From Myxococcota bacterium (lineage in GTDB: Bacteria > Myxococcota_A > UBA9160 > UBA6930), in NCBI GenBank assembly GCA_965223705.1, contig OZ245015.1:640001-704000 (forward strand): a stretch of 64,000 bases of DNA, given 5' to 3'. Below the pieces are notes generated by a model, which was not told where the DNA came from, searched no databases, and saw nothing but the letters and a program-made list of their open reading frames with translations. The position numbers and the translations under genes were made by a program. Every line of letters starts with the position of its first letter. Positions within the stretch are counted from its first letter, which is position 1. Shown here piece after piece: positions 1 to 9,096 of the stretch.

Positions 1-2
1 CG

Positions 3-926
3 GTCGCCATCATTCGAGAGCCCGCCCCGGGACCCGAGATCGGCCCGGACGTAATTTCCGGCGAACGCGTCGTGAAACGCGCCGAGGCCTGGTCAAAGGA
101 TCCACGCGGAGCGGGGGTCGCCGCTCGCGAAGCGTGGTCGAAGGCTTCGCACAGCGGTCGATCTCACGATCGACTGGTCGTCGCATTCGCCGATCCCGTC
201 GATCTCGAGACCGCCGTCGACGCGTCGTTGGCCCTCGAAATCGCGACGGCTTATGCGGCGCGGCTGGGAGATGCCGCGCCCTACGGGCTCGAGCTGCGCA
301 CGCTGTCCGAGAGCATCCCCGGGAAGCCCGGCATCGCCCGCTTCGCCGTCGTCCTGCGCGCCGCCGGCCGCGATGGCCTCCGCGTCTCGCGAGATTTGAG
401 CGCCCATCCGCGCTACCGGGAGCTCTTCTGGCAAGCCGCACGACGACTCGGTCGCGAGTCGGTCTTCGCTCCCGACGCCGTTTTCGAAGACACCACCGGT
501 GTCGCACGGATCACAGAACTCGGCGGACACCAAACCCTCCGGATCGCGCCCGTCCGAGACGCATCACAAATTGGAGGGTGCTGTCGCGCCGAAAGTGCAA
601 CGGCCGTCGGTGAGGTCACGCTCGAGGGCCTCATCGCCGTGGGTGCGCAACTCGAGCAAACCGACGCGTACGCCACGCGCCCCGTCCCCCCGGTGCCGTG
701 GTCCTTTCGCGTCGCGCCGGATTCTGGCGACGCGCCGGAAATCGCAGGAGAGGTCGGCTCGGAGGCCCTCGAGTTGCCGGCGGACGAGGGCGGGTCGAGG
801 AGCGACGGGACGGGTGCGACGAATTCGGTGGATGTTCCCGACGTCGAAACCGAAAAGGCCACAACCGCTGCCGAGGCGGCGGGTTCTCAACCACAGGGCG
901 CCGTCGGCGCCGGCGGCAGAGAATAG
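3..926 (+). CDS. hypothetical protein, 5'-partial; acidic low-complexity C-terminus
   Basis: Frame of ORF 72..926 is open back to the window edge; no diagnostic motif recognised. Confidence 0.55.
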   Translation, partial: VAIIREPAPGPEIGPDVISGERVVKRAEAWSKDPRGAGVAAREAWSKASHSGRSHDRLVVAFADPVDLETAVDASLALEIATAYAARLGDAAPYGLELRTLSESIPGKPGIARFAVVLRAAGRDGLRVSRDLSAHPRYRELFWQAARRLGRESVFAPDAVFEDTTGVARITELGGHQTLRIAPVRDASQIGGCCRAESATAVGEVTLEGLIAVGAQLEQTDAYATRPVPPVPWSFRVAPDSGDAPEIAGEVGSEALELPADEGGSRSDGTGATNSVDVPDVETEKATTAAEAAGSQPQGAVGAGGRE

Positions 927-974
927 TCTGGTGGAGTTTTACGAATGGACGGAATCCGAAAGGAGACGACTTCG

Positions 975-1667
975 ATGAGGCAGAGAAACCGAGCAGCGAC
1001 GGGGACCGTCTTGGTTCTAGCGATGGCGCTCACCACGGCGTGTGCCACGAACACGGGCACGACCCTCGACTCCCGACGTACCCAAGGCGCGATCCTGGGG
1101 ACCTTGGCAGGCGCCGCAGCCGGCGCGGCCGTCGATGACAACAAGCGGGCTCGAGGCGCGCTCATCGGCGCGGTCGCCGGTGGCTTGACGGGCGGCCTGA
1201 TCGGCAACTACATGGACAAGCAGAAGCAGGCGATCGAAGACGCGATCCCCGATGCGAACGTCGAGCGCACGCAGGACGGCCTGCAGGTGATGTTCGCCGG
1301 CGACCTCCTTTTTGACAGCGGCTCCTCCGGACTTTCCCCCGGCGCGTACAGCCGCATGCGGACGCTCGCGGAAACGCTTCGCAACTATCCCGATACGCGG
1401 GTCAAGATCACGGGTCACACCGACTCTCAGGGCGCAGAAGCCTTCAACCTCAAGCTGTCGGAGGAGCGCGCGGATGCGGTCCGTCGCCTCTTGATCGCCG
1501 AGGGCGTCGAAGCGCACCGCGTCACCGCCATCGGTATGGGCGAGTCCCTGCCGGTCGCTTCGAATGAAACGGCCGCTGGCCGACAGCAGAATCGCCGCGT
1601 CGAAATCACGTTGCAGCCGAACGAGCGATTGCGCGAACGGCACCAGCAGTCGGCCGGTACGTACTGA
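975..1667 (+). CDS. OmpA-family lipoprotein with glycine-zipper (YiaD-like)
   Basis: AAGGAG SD before ATG 975; lipobox LTTAC; GAILGTLAGAAAGA zipper; GHTDSQG...NLKLSEERA and NRRVEI OmpA C-terminal motifs. Confidence 0.92.
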   Translation: MRQRNRAATGTVLVLAMALTTACATNTGTTLDSRRTQGAILGTLAGAAAGAAVDDNKRARGALIGAVAGGLTGGLIGNYMDKQKQAIEDAIPDANVERTQDGLQVMFAGDLLFDSGSSGLSPGAYSRMRTLAETLRNYPDTRVKITGHTDSQGAEAFNLKLSEERADAVRRLLIAEGVEAHRVTAIGMGESLPVASNETAAGRQQNRRVEITLQPNERLRERHQQSAGTY

Positions 1668-1681
1668 GGCCGGCGACGAAC

Positions 1682-2944
1682 TTGGGTCGCGGCTTCGCCC
1701 GATGGCTCGTCGCCCTGGCCGTTGTGATCGCGATCGACGCGGGCGCACGGGGAACCGATGTGAAAATTCGCATCGATTCGCCGGCGCCCGGAGTCGTCGT
1801 GACCGATCGGATCCACCACGCGCGTATCACGGGCAGCGCCGCTGCGGAATCTCTCGGTCCGAAGCCCTTCGACGTCGTCCTCGTGATCGATGTCTCCGGT
1901 TCGACGAGGACGGCGAGCGGAAGCGATGTCGACGGCGATGGCGTGGTGGGCGTGAACCCGCGCTCCGAGAACCTGCCGCCGGGAGCGTTTCCTCCCCACG
2001 TTTTGTCCACCGACCCCCAGGACAGCATCCTTCACGCCGAGATCGCCGCGGCGAACGCCTTGCTCGAAACCCTCGACCCGAAACGCGTGCGCGTCGGTGT
2101 CGTCACGTTCGCGGGAGAAGTCGATCCGTCGACGGGCCTCCGAAAGCGCGTCGACCAAGACGACGCGTGGCTCGAGGTCCCGCTCACGGAAGATTACGGC
2201 AGGGTTCGCCAGGCCTTGGCTTCCGTGCTCGCTCGAGGTGCCGCCGGCGCGACGAACTTTGCCGCCGGGGTCCGTCTCGCGGTTCGCGAGCTCGCGGGAC
2301 TGCGGGGCTCCGTTTCGACGAGCCGTCCCGACGCGCGGCGGGTCATGTTGTTCCTGACGGACGGTATCCCGACGCTTCCCGTCGACCGCGGATCCGTTTC
2401 CGACCCGGGAGACGTCGATTCCGCCGTGCGCGCCGCGGAACTCGCCGCCGAGGCGGGCATCCTGATCAACACCTACGCCCTCGGGCCGGCCGCCATGAAG
2501 TACCGCCGCGCCGTCACGGAGATGGCTCGCATTTCCACCGGGACCTACACGCCCGTCCAGAACCCCGGCGACATCGTGCTCCTGCTGCGCGGGGTGAGTT
2601 TCGCGGACGTCGAAGACGTCGTGCTGACGAACTTGACCACCGGGGATTTTTCCGAGGACGTGAGGCTTCACCCGGACGGTAGTTTCGTCGGCTTCGTTCC
2701 GACGCAAGAAGGTATGAACCGGGTTCGCGTCTCCGTGCTCGCCAGCGACGGTTCCCGCGACGCCCTGGAATTCAACTTCGAGTTCCACAAGGGTGAGCTC
2801 GACGACCGCGAGAAGCTCCGCGAGCTCGAACGGCTGCGGCTTCAAACGCGGGAGCTACTGCTCAAGCGAGAAGCCGACAACATCCGGGCCTTCCGCGAAC
2901 AACAGCGAAAAGAGTTGATCCTCGAGGGCGGCGCGACGGAGTAG
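1682..2944 (+). CDS. secreted von Willebrand factor A domain protein
   Basis: N-terminal signal peptide; MIDAS motif DVSGS, TNFAAG, FLTDG. Confidence 0.85.
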   Translation: MGRGFARWLVALAVVIAIDAGARGTDVKIRIDSPAPGVVVTDRIHHARITGSAAAESLGPKPFDVVLVIDVSGSTRTASGSDVDGDGVVGVNPRSENLPPGAFPPHVLSTDPQDSILHAEIAAANALLETLDPKRVRVGVVTFAGEVDPSTGLRKRVDQDDAWLEVPLTEDYGRVRQALASVLARGAAGATNFAAGVRLAVRELAGLRGSVSTSRPDARRVMLFLTDGIPTLPVDRGSVSDPGDVDSAVRAAELAAEAGILINTYALGPAAMKYRRAVTEMARISTGTYTPVQNPGDIVLLLRGVSFADVEDVVLTNLTTGDFSEDVRLHPDGSFVGFVPTQEGMNRVRVSVLASDGSRDALEFNFEFHKGELDDREKLRELERLRLQTRELLLKREADNIRAFREQQRKELILEGGATE

Positions 2945-2947
2945 CGT

Positions 2948-4471
2948 TTAGAGCGGCACGAGATCCGGATCGAGAATCTCGCGCTGCTTGAGCTTGCCGT
3001 TTTCGTACACCGAGCTGACGTCGATCTCGCCGTCGGCGTTCCGGTCCTCGTCGCGGCGCTTGATGCGGACCTCGCCCGCGACGACTTCGTAGCTTTCGAA
3101 CGTGTCGCGTCGGCCGTCGCCGTCGGTGTCCTTTTCGACGCGGTCGACGTGTTCCTTGCCGGCCGTTTTCTGGTACGTCGTCCAGGTGTCCATGAGACCG
3201 TCGCCGTTGCGGTCTTCCTCGGAACGCACCGCGATCCGGTCCTCGAAATAGACGACGCGGTCGATCTCACCGTCGTTGTTTCCGTCGTGTCGTTCCTGGA
3301 CGAGCGCGCCGCCCTTGTACTCGAAGAACGCGTCCCGTTGGCCGTCCCCGTTGCGATCCACTTCGCGACGCGTCATGAGACCCGCGGCGTCGAAGGTCTG
3401 CCACTCATCCGCGTTTCCGTCGCGATCTTCGTCGAGCGTGACGTCCGTCGCGACACCGTCCCGATAGGTCACCCACGAATCCATCGAGCCGTCGTAATCG
3501 CGGTCGTTTTCTTTGCGCAGGATGACGCCCGTTTTGGCGTCGTGATAACGCACTTCTTCGGGAGCGCCGTCTTCGTCGGCGTCGAGGCTGCGGACCCATA
3601 CGTCGAGCGCACGCCGGTTGCCCCACTCGCCGGCCGGGATCTCTTTGCGCTCCTCGTCGAAGATCGCGATGGGGAGATCGCGCTCCGGGGGCAGAGCCGG
3701 AGCGGTTCGAGGGTCGATGGGGCTGCTCGTCGAAGCGGCGGCGACCGATGGAGGTGCGGGCGTCGCCATCACCGGCGAGCCGTCTGCGCGCGCGGTGACG
3801 ACGGCGACATCATCGCTCGACGTGTCCGCGACGGCCGCCTCTCCCTCGCGCCGATCGATCTCTCGCAGCAGTTCTTCCTGCTTCCGGAGCTCTTCCTCGA
3901 TCTGATCTTCGAGAGAGGTCTGGCGTTCGATTTCGTTTTCGAGTTGTTCCTCGATCTCGCGTTCGCGATTCGCTTCGCTACCGCCGCCTCCGCCCGAACG
4001 GCCCGAGCGAGGGCCGCCGCCGAACGGCACGTTCCCGGTCACGGCACCGTAGATCATCATCGTGCCGGCACCGACGGCCGCGCCGATCGGACCGGCCTGA
4101 CCGCCGATAATCGCGCCCATCATGGCTCCTTCCACCGCGGCTTGGGCGCGATCGCCCGCGCTGCGCTGAGAGCCGTTGCCGCCTTGGGAGCCGTTCGTCG
4201 GCGAGCCGGGCTGAGTCGGGCCCGCCGCGCCGCCGGTGGACGTGGTCGAAGTGCCCGCAGAGGGTGCGCCGGGTGCCGGAGGTCCCGTCGTCGCGGGATC
4301 CGGCGCGTTGCTCGTTGTCGCCGTCGGGCGCCCGCCGGGCGTCGTGCTCCCGCTGGCCGGGGGCTGGGTCGTCGGGGGGCTCGCGCACGCCAAAGCCGCC
4401 CCCAACGTCGCTGCGCAGAGCGCTCGAACGGCGACGGCAGAGGTCGTCAGGCTTGTGGTGGACTGTCTCAC
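2948..4471 (-). CDS. putative lipoprotein: low-complexity linker, glycine zipper, coiled coil, eight Dx[DN]xDG repeats
   Basis: GTG 4471 chosen before LGAALAC lipobox-like signal (start uncertain); repeats such as DRDYDG, DRNGDG, DTDGDG, DRNADG. Confidence 0.7.
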   Translation of the reverse strand: MRQSTTSLTTSAVAVRALCAATLGAALACASPPTTQPPASGSTTPGGRPTATTSNAPDPATTGPPAPGAPSAGTSTTSTGGAAGPTQPGSPTNGSQGGNGSQRSAGDRAQAAVEGAMMGAIIGGQAGPIGAAVGAGTMMIYGAVTGNVPFGGGPRSGRSGGGGGSEANREREIEEQLENEIERQTSLEDQIEEELRKQEELLREIDRREGEAAVADTSSDDVAVVTARADGSPVMATPAPPSVAAASTSSPIDPRTAPALPPERDLPIAIFDEERKEIPAGEWGNRRALDVWVRSLDADEDGAPEEVRYHDAKTGVILRKENDRDYDGSMDSWVTYRDGVATDVTLDEDRDGNADEWQTFDAAGLMTRREVDRNGDGQRDAFFEYKGGALVQERHDGNNDGEIDRVVYFEDRIAVRSEEDRNGDGLMDTWTTYQKTAGKEHVDRVEKDTDGDGRRDTFESYEVVAGEVRIKRRDEDRNADGEIDVSSVYENGKLKQREILDPDLVPL

Positions 4472-4751
4472 GAAGGCCCCCGGCAAGGATCCCCGTTCCC
4501 CGGAAGGCAAAGTGTACCGCCTCGACGGGAGACGCCCAGCGGTCGACTCGAGGGGCTCTACGAGGCGTCGAGTGCGTTGCGTGATAGTGCTTTCCCCTCG
4601 GGCGGCTTGGGTTGTAGCTGCACGTGCACGACGGCTCCCCTTGAGACACCGCGCGCGCGGTGTTCGGTTCGGAAAAGTCGACGCCATGTCGTGCCGATCG
4701 ACCCGATAGCCCGCCCTGTTAAGCTCCATCTCCCTCGAAAGGTGTGACGTT

Positions 4752-6125
4752 TTGGGTCTGACCCTGATTCGCAAGTCCGCGTCGAACGAGCCGGTGGAAT
4801 CACCCCACATCGCCCTGGTCCTGGCGGGCGGCGCGGTGACCGGCGGCGCTTTCAAGGTGGGAGGCTTGCTCGCACTCGATCACTACTTGGACGAGCGCAA
4901 GATCACGGACCTCGACACCTACGTCGGCCTGTCGGCCGGCGCGTTCCTCGCCGTGACCTTGGCCGCCGGGATCTCGCCCCGGGAGATGGTGAGGGTCCTC
5001 GAAGGGTCGAGTCGCCGTTTCTCGCAACTGCGTCCCCTCGATTTCTATCGTCCCAACCTGCGTGAGTTCGTGGCGCGGCCCCTCCGCTTCGCGTTGTCGG
5101 CCGCCGGATTCCTCCCCGGTGTGTTGCTCGATCTCGTCCGCGGTATCCCGCAGCTCGGGACTACCTTGTTGCCCTCGCTGCGCGCGTTCGTCGCAGAACC
5201 GACCTACGCGAATGCGGAACGGGTGGTGCTCGGTTGGCTCGAGACGCTGCCCCCTTCCCGACGGTTGCCGTCGTTGGCCACGCTCGCCCCGACGGGGCTA
5301 TTCGACAACAGCGGTCTCGAGCAGTGGCTTCGCCACAATTTGGCGCGAATCGATCTACCGAATGATTTCGCGGAGTTCGAAGCCGCGAGAAACCGGCGCT
5401 TGTATCTGACGGCCTGCGACCTCGATTCCGCGGAGCGCGTGATCTTCGGAGCGGATGAACGCTCCGACGTGCGAATTACCGAAGCCGTCCAGGCGTCGAC
5501 GGCATTGCCGCTTTTCTATCGACCGCCTCGGATCGATGGCGCGGACTACGTCGACGGCGGGGTTCGGCACACCGCGAACATCGACGTGGCGATCGACAAG
5601 GGCGCGGATCTCATCATCTGTTACAACCCGTTCCGACCGTTCAACAACCGCTCGGAGGCGCTGGCCGAGCTGGCGGACGACGACGCCTTCCTCAAGGATC
5701 GCGGGCTCCCGGTCGTGCTCAATCAGGTGTTCCGCACGCTGCTTCATTCGCGACTCGACCTCGGCTTGGAACGCTACGCGAGCGATGAGGATTTCCGCGG
5801 GGACATCGTCTTGATCGAGCCCGAGGAGAGCGATGCCGATTTCTTCGGCGTGAACCCGATGGCCTTCTGGCGCAGAGCGGAATCGATTCGGCACGGCTTT
5901 GAATCGGCCCGCCGGAGCATCGAAGAAAACCTGCCGGAACTGACCGCCGTCTTCGGCCGTTACGGGCTCGCCCTCGACCCGAAGAACGCCCGCCGTGAGG
6001 CGGCGCGCTTGCGTCGCAAGAAGGGCTGGCAGTTGGCGGCCGAAGACTCCGAAGCGGCCGAGCAACCGTCGCACCTTCGGGTCGTCCCAGGAGCCATCGC
6101 TCCAAAACAGCGTTCTTCACAATAA
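4752..6125 (+). CDS. patatin-like phospholipase/esterase
   Basis: GGAVTGG oxyanion loop, GLSAG nucleophile, DGG catalytic Asp. Confidence 0.9.
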   Translation: MGLTLIRKSASNEPVESPHIALVLAGGAVTGGAFKVGGLLALDHYLDERKITDLDTYVGLSAGAFLAVTLAAGISPREMVRVLEGSSRRFSQLRPLDFYRPNLREFVARPLRFALSAAGFLPGVLLDLVRGIPQLGTTLLPSLRAFVAEPTYANAERVVLGWLETLPPSRRLPSLATLAPTGLFDNSGLEQWLRHNLARIDLPNDFAEFEAARNRRLYLTACDLDSAERVIFGADERSDVRITEAVQASTALPLFYRPPRIDGADYVDGGVRHTANIDVAIDKGADLIICYNPFRPFNNRSEALAELADDDAFLKDRGLPVVLNQVFRTLLHSRLDLGLERYASDEDFRGDIVLIEPEESDADFFGVNPMAFWRRAESIRHGFESARRSIEENLPELTAVFGRYGLALDPKNARREAARLRRKKGWQLAAEDSEAAEQPSHLRVVPGAIAPKQRSSQ

Positions 6126-6137
6126 AACGACGAGGGA

Positions 6138-6165
6138 TTGACCCCCGGGGGATTTCTGCTAACTT
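6138..6165 (+). promoter_or_regulatory. sigma-70-type promoter for the NRDE-small protein-folC operon
   Basis: TTGACC-16 nt-TAACTT with extended -10 TGn. Confidence 0.5.
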
Positions 6166-6326
6166 CTTCTCCTGGACGTCACGCAATCCGTTTGTCGCTG
6201 CCCCTCGCGCCGGTTTGAGCCCCGTCAACGCCCCGAGCGAATGGCCTCGCCGACGACCATCCCGGGCCTCCCGGAGATCGGTCGGAAGCCAACGGAAGTG
6301 CGGCCCTTGAGGAGACCCTGCCCGCG

Positions 6327-7097
6327 ATGTGCACGTTGATCGCACTGCACGCCTGCCACCCGGACACCCCGCTCGCCATCGCGGCGAACCGGGATGAGTG
6401 GCTGAACCGGCCGTCGGCCGGTTTCGCCGTCCGCCGGGACGGCGACCGGGTGATTCTTTCCCCGAGCGACCTGCAGGCGGGTGGTACCTGGCTCGGGCTG
6501 AACGATGCGGGCGTCTTCGTCGGGCTGACAAACCGGCCCGGAGCCATCGATACGGCGCGCCGTTCCCGCGGTTTGCTGGTTCAGGAAACCCTGCGTGCAG
6601 ATTCCGCCGCCGCGGCCGCGGACCGCCTCGCGGCCCTGCCCGACCATTTTTACAACGGCTTCAATTTGTTCGTCGCCGATCGGGCGGACGCGTTCGTGGC
6701 CGTGTACGAAGATCGGGTCAGCGTCGAAACGTGCGCTCCGGGCGTTCATGTCGTGGGAAACGCCGATCCCAACGACCGCGAGCATCCGAAAGTTCGCCGC
6801 AATCTAGAAGCCGCCGAGGCGGTCGCATCGATGGACCCGGCGGAATGGCTCGAGCGGCTGGGATCGGTCTGTCGTACCCACGTCGGAGAACCGCCCTACG
6901 GCGCGACCTGTGTGCACGCCGACGGCTACGGGACGCGGAGTTCAACGCTTCTGCGGTTAACCGCGGACGGAGGCGGCGAGCTGCGCCACGCGAGCGGCGC
7001 GCCTTGCGAAACGGAATACAAGAACCTGAGCGCGTTCCTGGGCGCGCTGCGAATCGGAGCCGACGAAGCAACCGCTGCGCGGCCTGCGATTCGCTGA
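6327..7097 (+). CDS. NRDE/TANGO2 family protein
   Basis: N-terminal MC, ANRDEW, GGTWLG, RSRG, YGTRSST. Confidence 0.92.
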   Translation: MCTLIALHACHPDTPLAIAANRDEWLNRPSAGFAVRRDGDRVILSPSDLQAGGTWLGLNDAGVFVGLTNRPGAIDTARRSRGLLVQETLRADSAAAAADRLAALPDHFYNGFNLFVADRADAFVAVYEDRVSVETCAPGVHVVGNADPNDREHPKVRRNLEAAEAVASMDPAEWLERLGSVCRTHVGEPPYGATCVHADGYGTRSSTLLRLTADGGGELRHASGAPCETEYKNLSAFLGALRIGADEATAARPAIR

Positions 7098-7107
7098 GGA
7101 GGAAGCC

Positions 7108-7434
7108 ATGCGACGAATCGGAAGCAACATCCGCAAGCAAAATACGGACGACAAATCGAAGCGGATCGTCCGGAACATCATTCAGTACACGGACACAGAG
7201 CAGCCGCGGAACGAGTATCCGAAGAAGATCGTTTCCCCCACGCAGCCCGGGTCCTGCTGTAAGGAAGAAAACCGGGTCATGGTCGGTTCCGTCAAGGAGA
7301 TCGAGGGATTCAAGTTCTGTTACAAGATCTGTGAAACCTGCGGTCACGCGGTGAAGTACTACTTCCCTGCCGTCGAAGGCACGAGTACGTCGGTCAAGTC
7401 CTACCGAAAGTGGAAGCGCTACATGGTCCAGTAG
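7108..7434 (+). CDS. small basic Cys-rich hypothetical protein (possible Zn ribbon)
   Basis: Strong GAGGAGG SD; CC and CxxCGH; G/C-ending codons. Confidence 0.85.
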   Translation: MRRIGSNIRKQNTDDKSKRIVRNIIQYTDTEQPRNEYPKKIVSPTQPGSCCKEENRVMVGSVKEIEGFKFCYKICETCGHAVKYYFPAVEGTSTSVKSYRKWKRYMVQ

Positions 7435-7447
7435 CGCGCGCCGCGTC

Positions 7448-8824
7448 GTGAGAGATCTCGCGGAAGCAGCGCGCTACCTAGAAGGCCTCATCAACATCGA
7501 GCGTCGCCCTCGGGAGCCGACGCATCGAATGAACCTCGACGCGATCGACTACCTGCTCGAGCGGGTCGGCCACCCCGAGCGCCGCTACGACGTGCTCCAT
7601 ATCGCCGGCTCCAAGGGGAAGGGCAGTACGGCGCTGTTCGCCGAGGCGCTCCTCTCCGGGCCGGGTCGCCGCGTCGGCACCTTCACGTCTCCCCACCTGA
7701 CGAGCTGGACCGAGCGTTTTCGTATCGATCGAAAGCCCGTCGATCCGCCGCTGCTCGTCGACGAGCTCCGCCGCATCGCGCCCCATGTCGATCGGGCGAG
7801 GGCGACCGACGAGATCCGGCCGAGCTTCTTCGACGTTACGACGGCCCTGGCCTTCGCGATCTTTTCGAGAGTCGGCGTGACTACGGCGATCGTCGAGGTC
7901 GGGCTCGGCGGCCGCCTCGACTCGACGAACATCGTTCGCCCGCGCGTTGCGTGCATCACGAGCATCGAACTCGAGCACACGGATCGCTTGGGAAACACGC
8001 TGGCTGCGATCGCTGGTGAGAAAGCGGGCATCATCAAGCCCGGCGTTCCGGTCGTCGTCGGCGACCTTGCCGAAGAGGCGCTCCGCGTTGTGGAAGCGCG
8101 CGCCGAGGTCTGCGGCGCGAGGCCGCTCCTCTGGGGGAGAGATTTCGGGGTGCGCCGACTCGAAACCAATGCTCGTGGCGTGCGCGCCGAGTTGTTCCAT
8201 GGCAACTGCGCCGTTCTGTTTGAGGCGCCCCTTCTCGGTAGCCACAACGCGCACAACGCCGCGCTGGCGCTCACGGCAACGCGGATCCTCGGAGCGAAGA
8301 TCGACCCCGTCGAGGCGGCTTCGCGGCTGGCTGGCGTGGAGCTTCCGGGTCGGCTCGAGCTTCGCGACGGAGATCCCCTGGCGATCATCGATTCGGCACA
8401 CACCGAGGTTTCCTTTTCCGCACTTGCCGAAACACTCGAGCTCTTTCCCGGGCGGCCCCGGGATTTCGTGTTCTCTCTGTCCGAAGGGAAGCGACCCTCA
8501 CTCCTCGGAAGTTTGTTGCGCGGGGCGCGTCGGGTGACGCTGACACGGGCCGATCCCGATCGTTCGATCGATGTCGACCTCCTCGCGCGCGCCGTGCGCG
8601 ACGCGGGCTACCGGGGCCAGCTTTCAAGCCAGGAGGATCCCGAGCTCGCGGTTCGTTCGGCGCTTGACGAGGCGCCGGCGGGGGGCCTGTTGTGTATCGC
8701 GGGGTCCGTCTACCTCGCGGGAATCGCCCGGCGGATTCTCGATCGCGGGACGGCTGGCCGGTCGGCGACACCAAAGCAAAGCGCCCGGGTAGGCTCCTCG
8801 CACAATGTGCGAGGGGAGGGGTAG
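7448..8824 (+). CDS. folC: folylpolyglutamate synthase/dihydrofolate synthase
   Basis: HIAGSKGKGST P-loop, FTSPHL, EVGLGGRLDSTN, EKAGIIK, GSVYLAG. Confidence 0.93.
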   Translation: MRDLAEAARYLEGLINIERRPREPTHRMNLDAIDYLLERVGHPERRYDVLHIAGSKGKGSTALFAEALLSGPGRRVGTFTSPHLTSWTERFRIDRKPVDPPLLVDELRRIAPHVDRARATDEIRPSFFDVTTALAFAIFSRVGVTTAIVEVGLGGRLDSTNIVRPRVACITSIELEHTDRLGNTLAAIAGEKAGIIKPGVPVVVGDLAEEALRVVEARAEVCGARPLLWGRDFGVRRLETNARGVRAELFHGNCAVLFEAPLLGSHNAHNAALALTATRILGAKIDPVEAASRLAGVELPGRLELRDGDPLAIIDSAHTEVSFSALAETLELFPGRPRDFVFSLSEGKRPSLLGSLLRGARRVTLTRADPDRSIDVDLLARAVRDAGYRGQLSSQEDPELAVRSALDEAPAGGLLCIAGSVYLAGIARRILDRGTAGRSATPKQSARVGSSHNVRGEG

Positions 8825-8856
8825 CCTGGCCCGGGCGCAGAGGACGTTTCCGTCAC
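8773..8856 (-). ncRNA. candidate sigma-54-dependent small RNA (~84 nt)
   Basis: Starts at the predicted +1 of the sigma-54 promoter; GAAA tetraloop hairpin, then a long 9+5+8 bp stem with an ACCCCUCC bulge, then UUUGCUUU. Confidence 0.6.
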
Positions 8857-8867
8857 GGCCGTTTATC

Positions 8868-8882
8868 GCAAGCAGCGTGCCA
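8868..8882 (-). promoter_or_regulatory. sigma-54 (-24/-12) promoter
   Basis: Minus strand reads TGGCACG-CTGC-TTGC, matching TGGCACG-N4-TTGC. Confidence 0.72.
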
Positions 8883-8996
8883 GTCAGCGATCTGCGCTTT
8901 GTGCGCGACAAGCGCAACAAACGAAGCAGCCTCGGATCTCCCTCCGGCGACGGACTCGCAACTCTGCAGCATTCGTCCGACCATCGGCGCACACGG

Positions 8997-9060
8997 GTGA
9001 CGCAAATTGTGTCGCCGGGTCGCTGCGCTTCGCGTCAAATCGTCTCCCCCGTTCGCTGCG
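8997..9060. repeat. imperfect palindrome plus 25-bp direct repeat, candidate enhancer-binding-protein sites
   Basis: GTGACGCAA-A-TTGTGTCGC at 8997-9015; 9003-9027 and 9036-9060 are 20/25 identical with a 33-bp period. Confidence 0.5.
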
Positions 9061-9096
9061 GGTCAGCGTCCGACCCGAAGTGGTTATACTCCGCCC

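Noticed and set aside
2948..3600. Repetitive DNA suggesting a CRISPR or tandem array
   Set aside because: The periodicity is at the protein level (Dx[DN]xDG repeats); there are no identical nucleotide repeats with spacers
6166..6326. 160-nt leader before the NRDE gene as SRP RNA or a riboswitch
   Set aside because: No SRP domain IV or known aptamer consensus; pairing is unremarkable for this GC content
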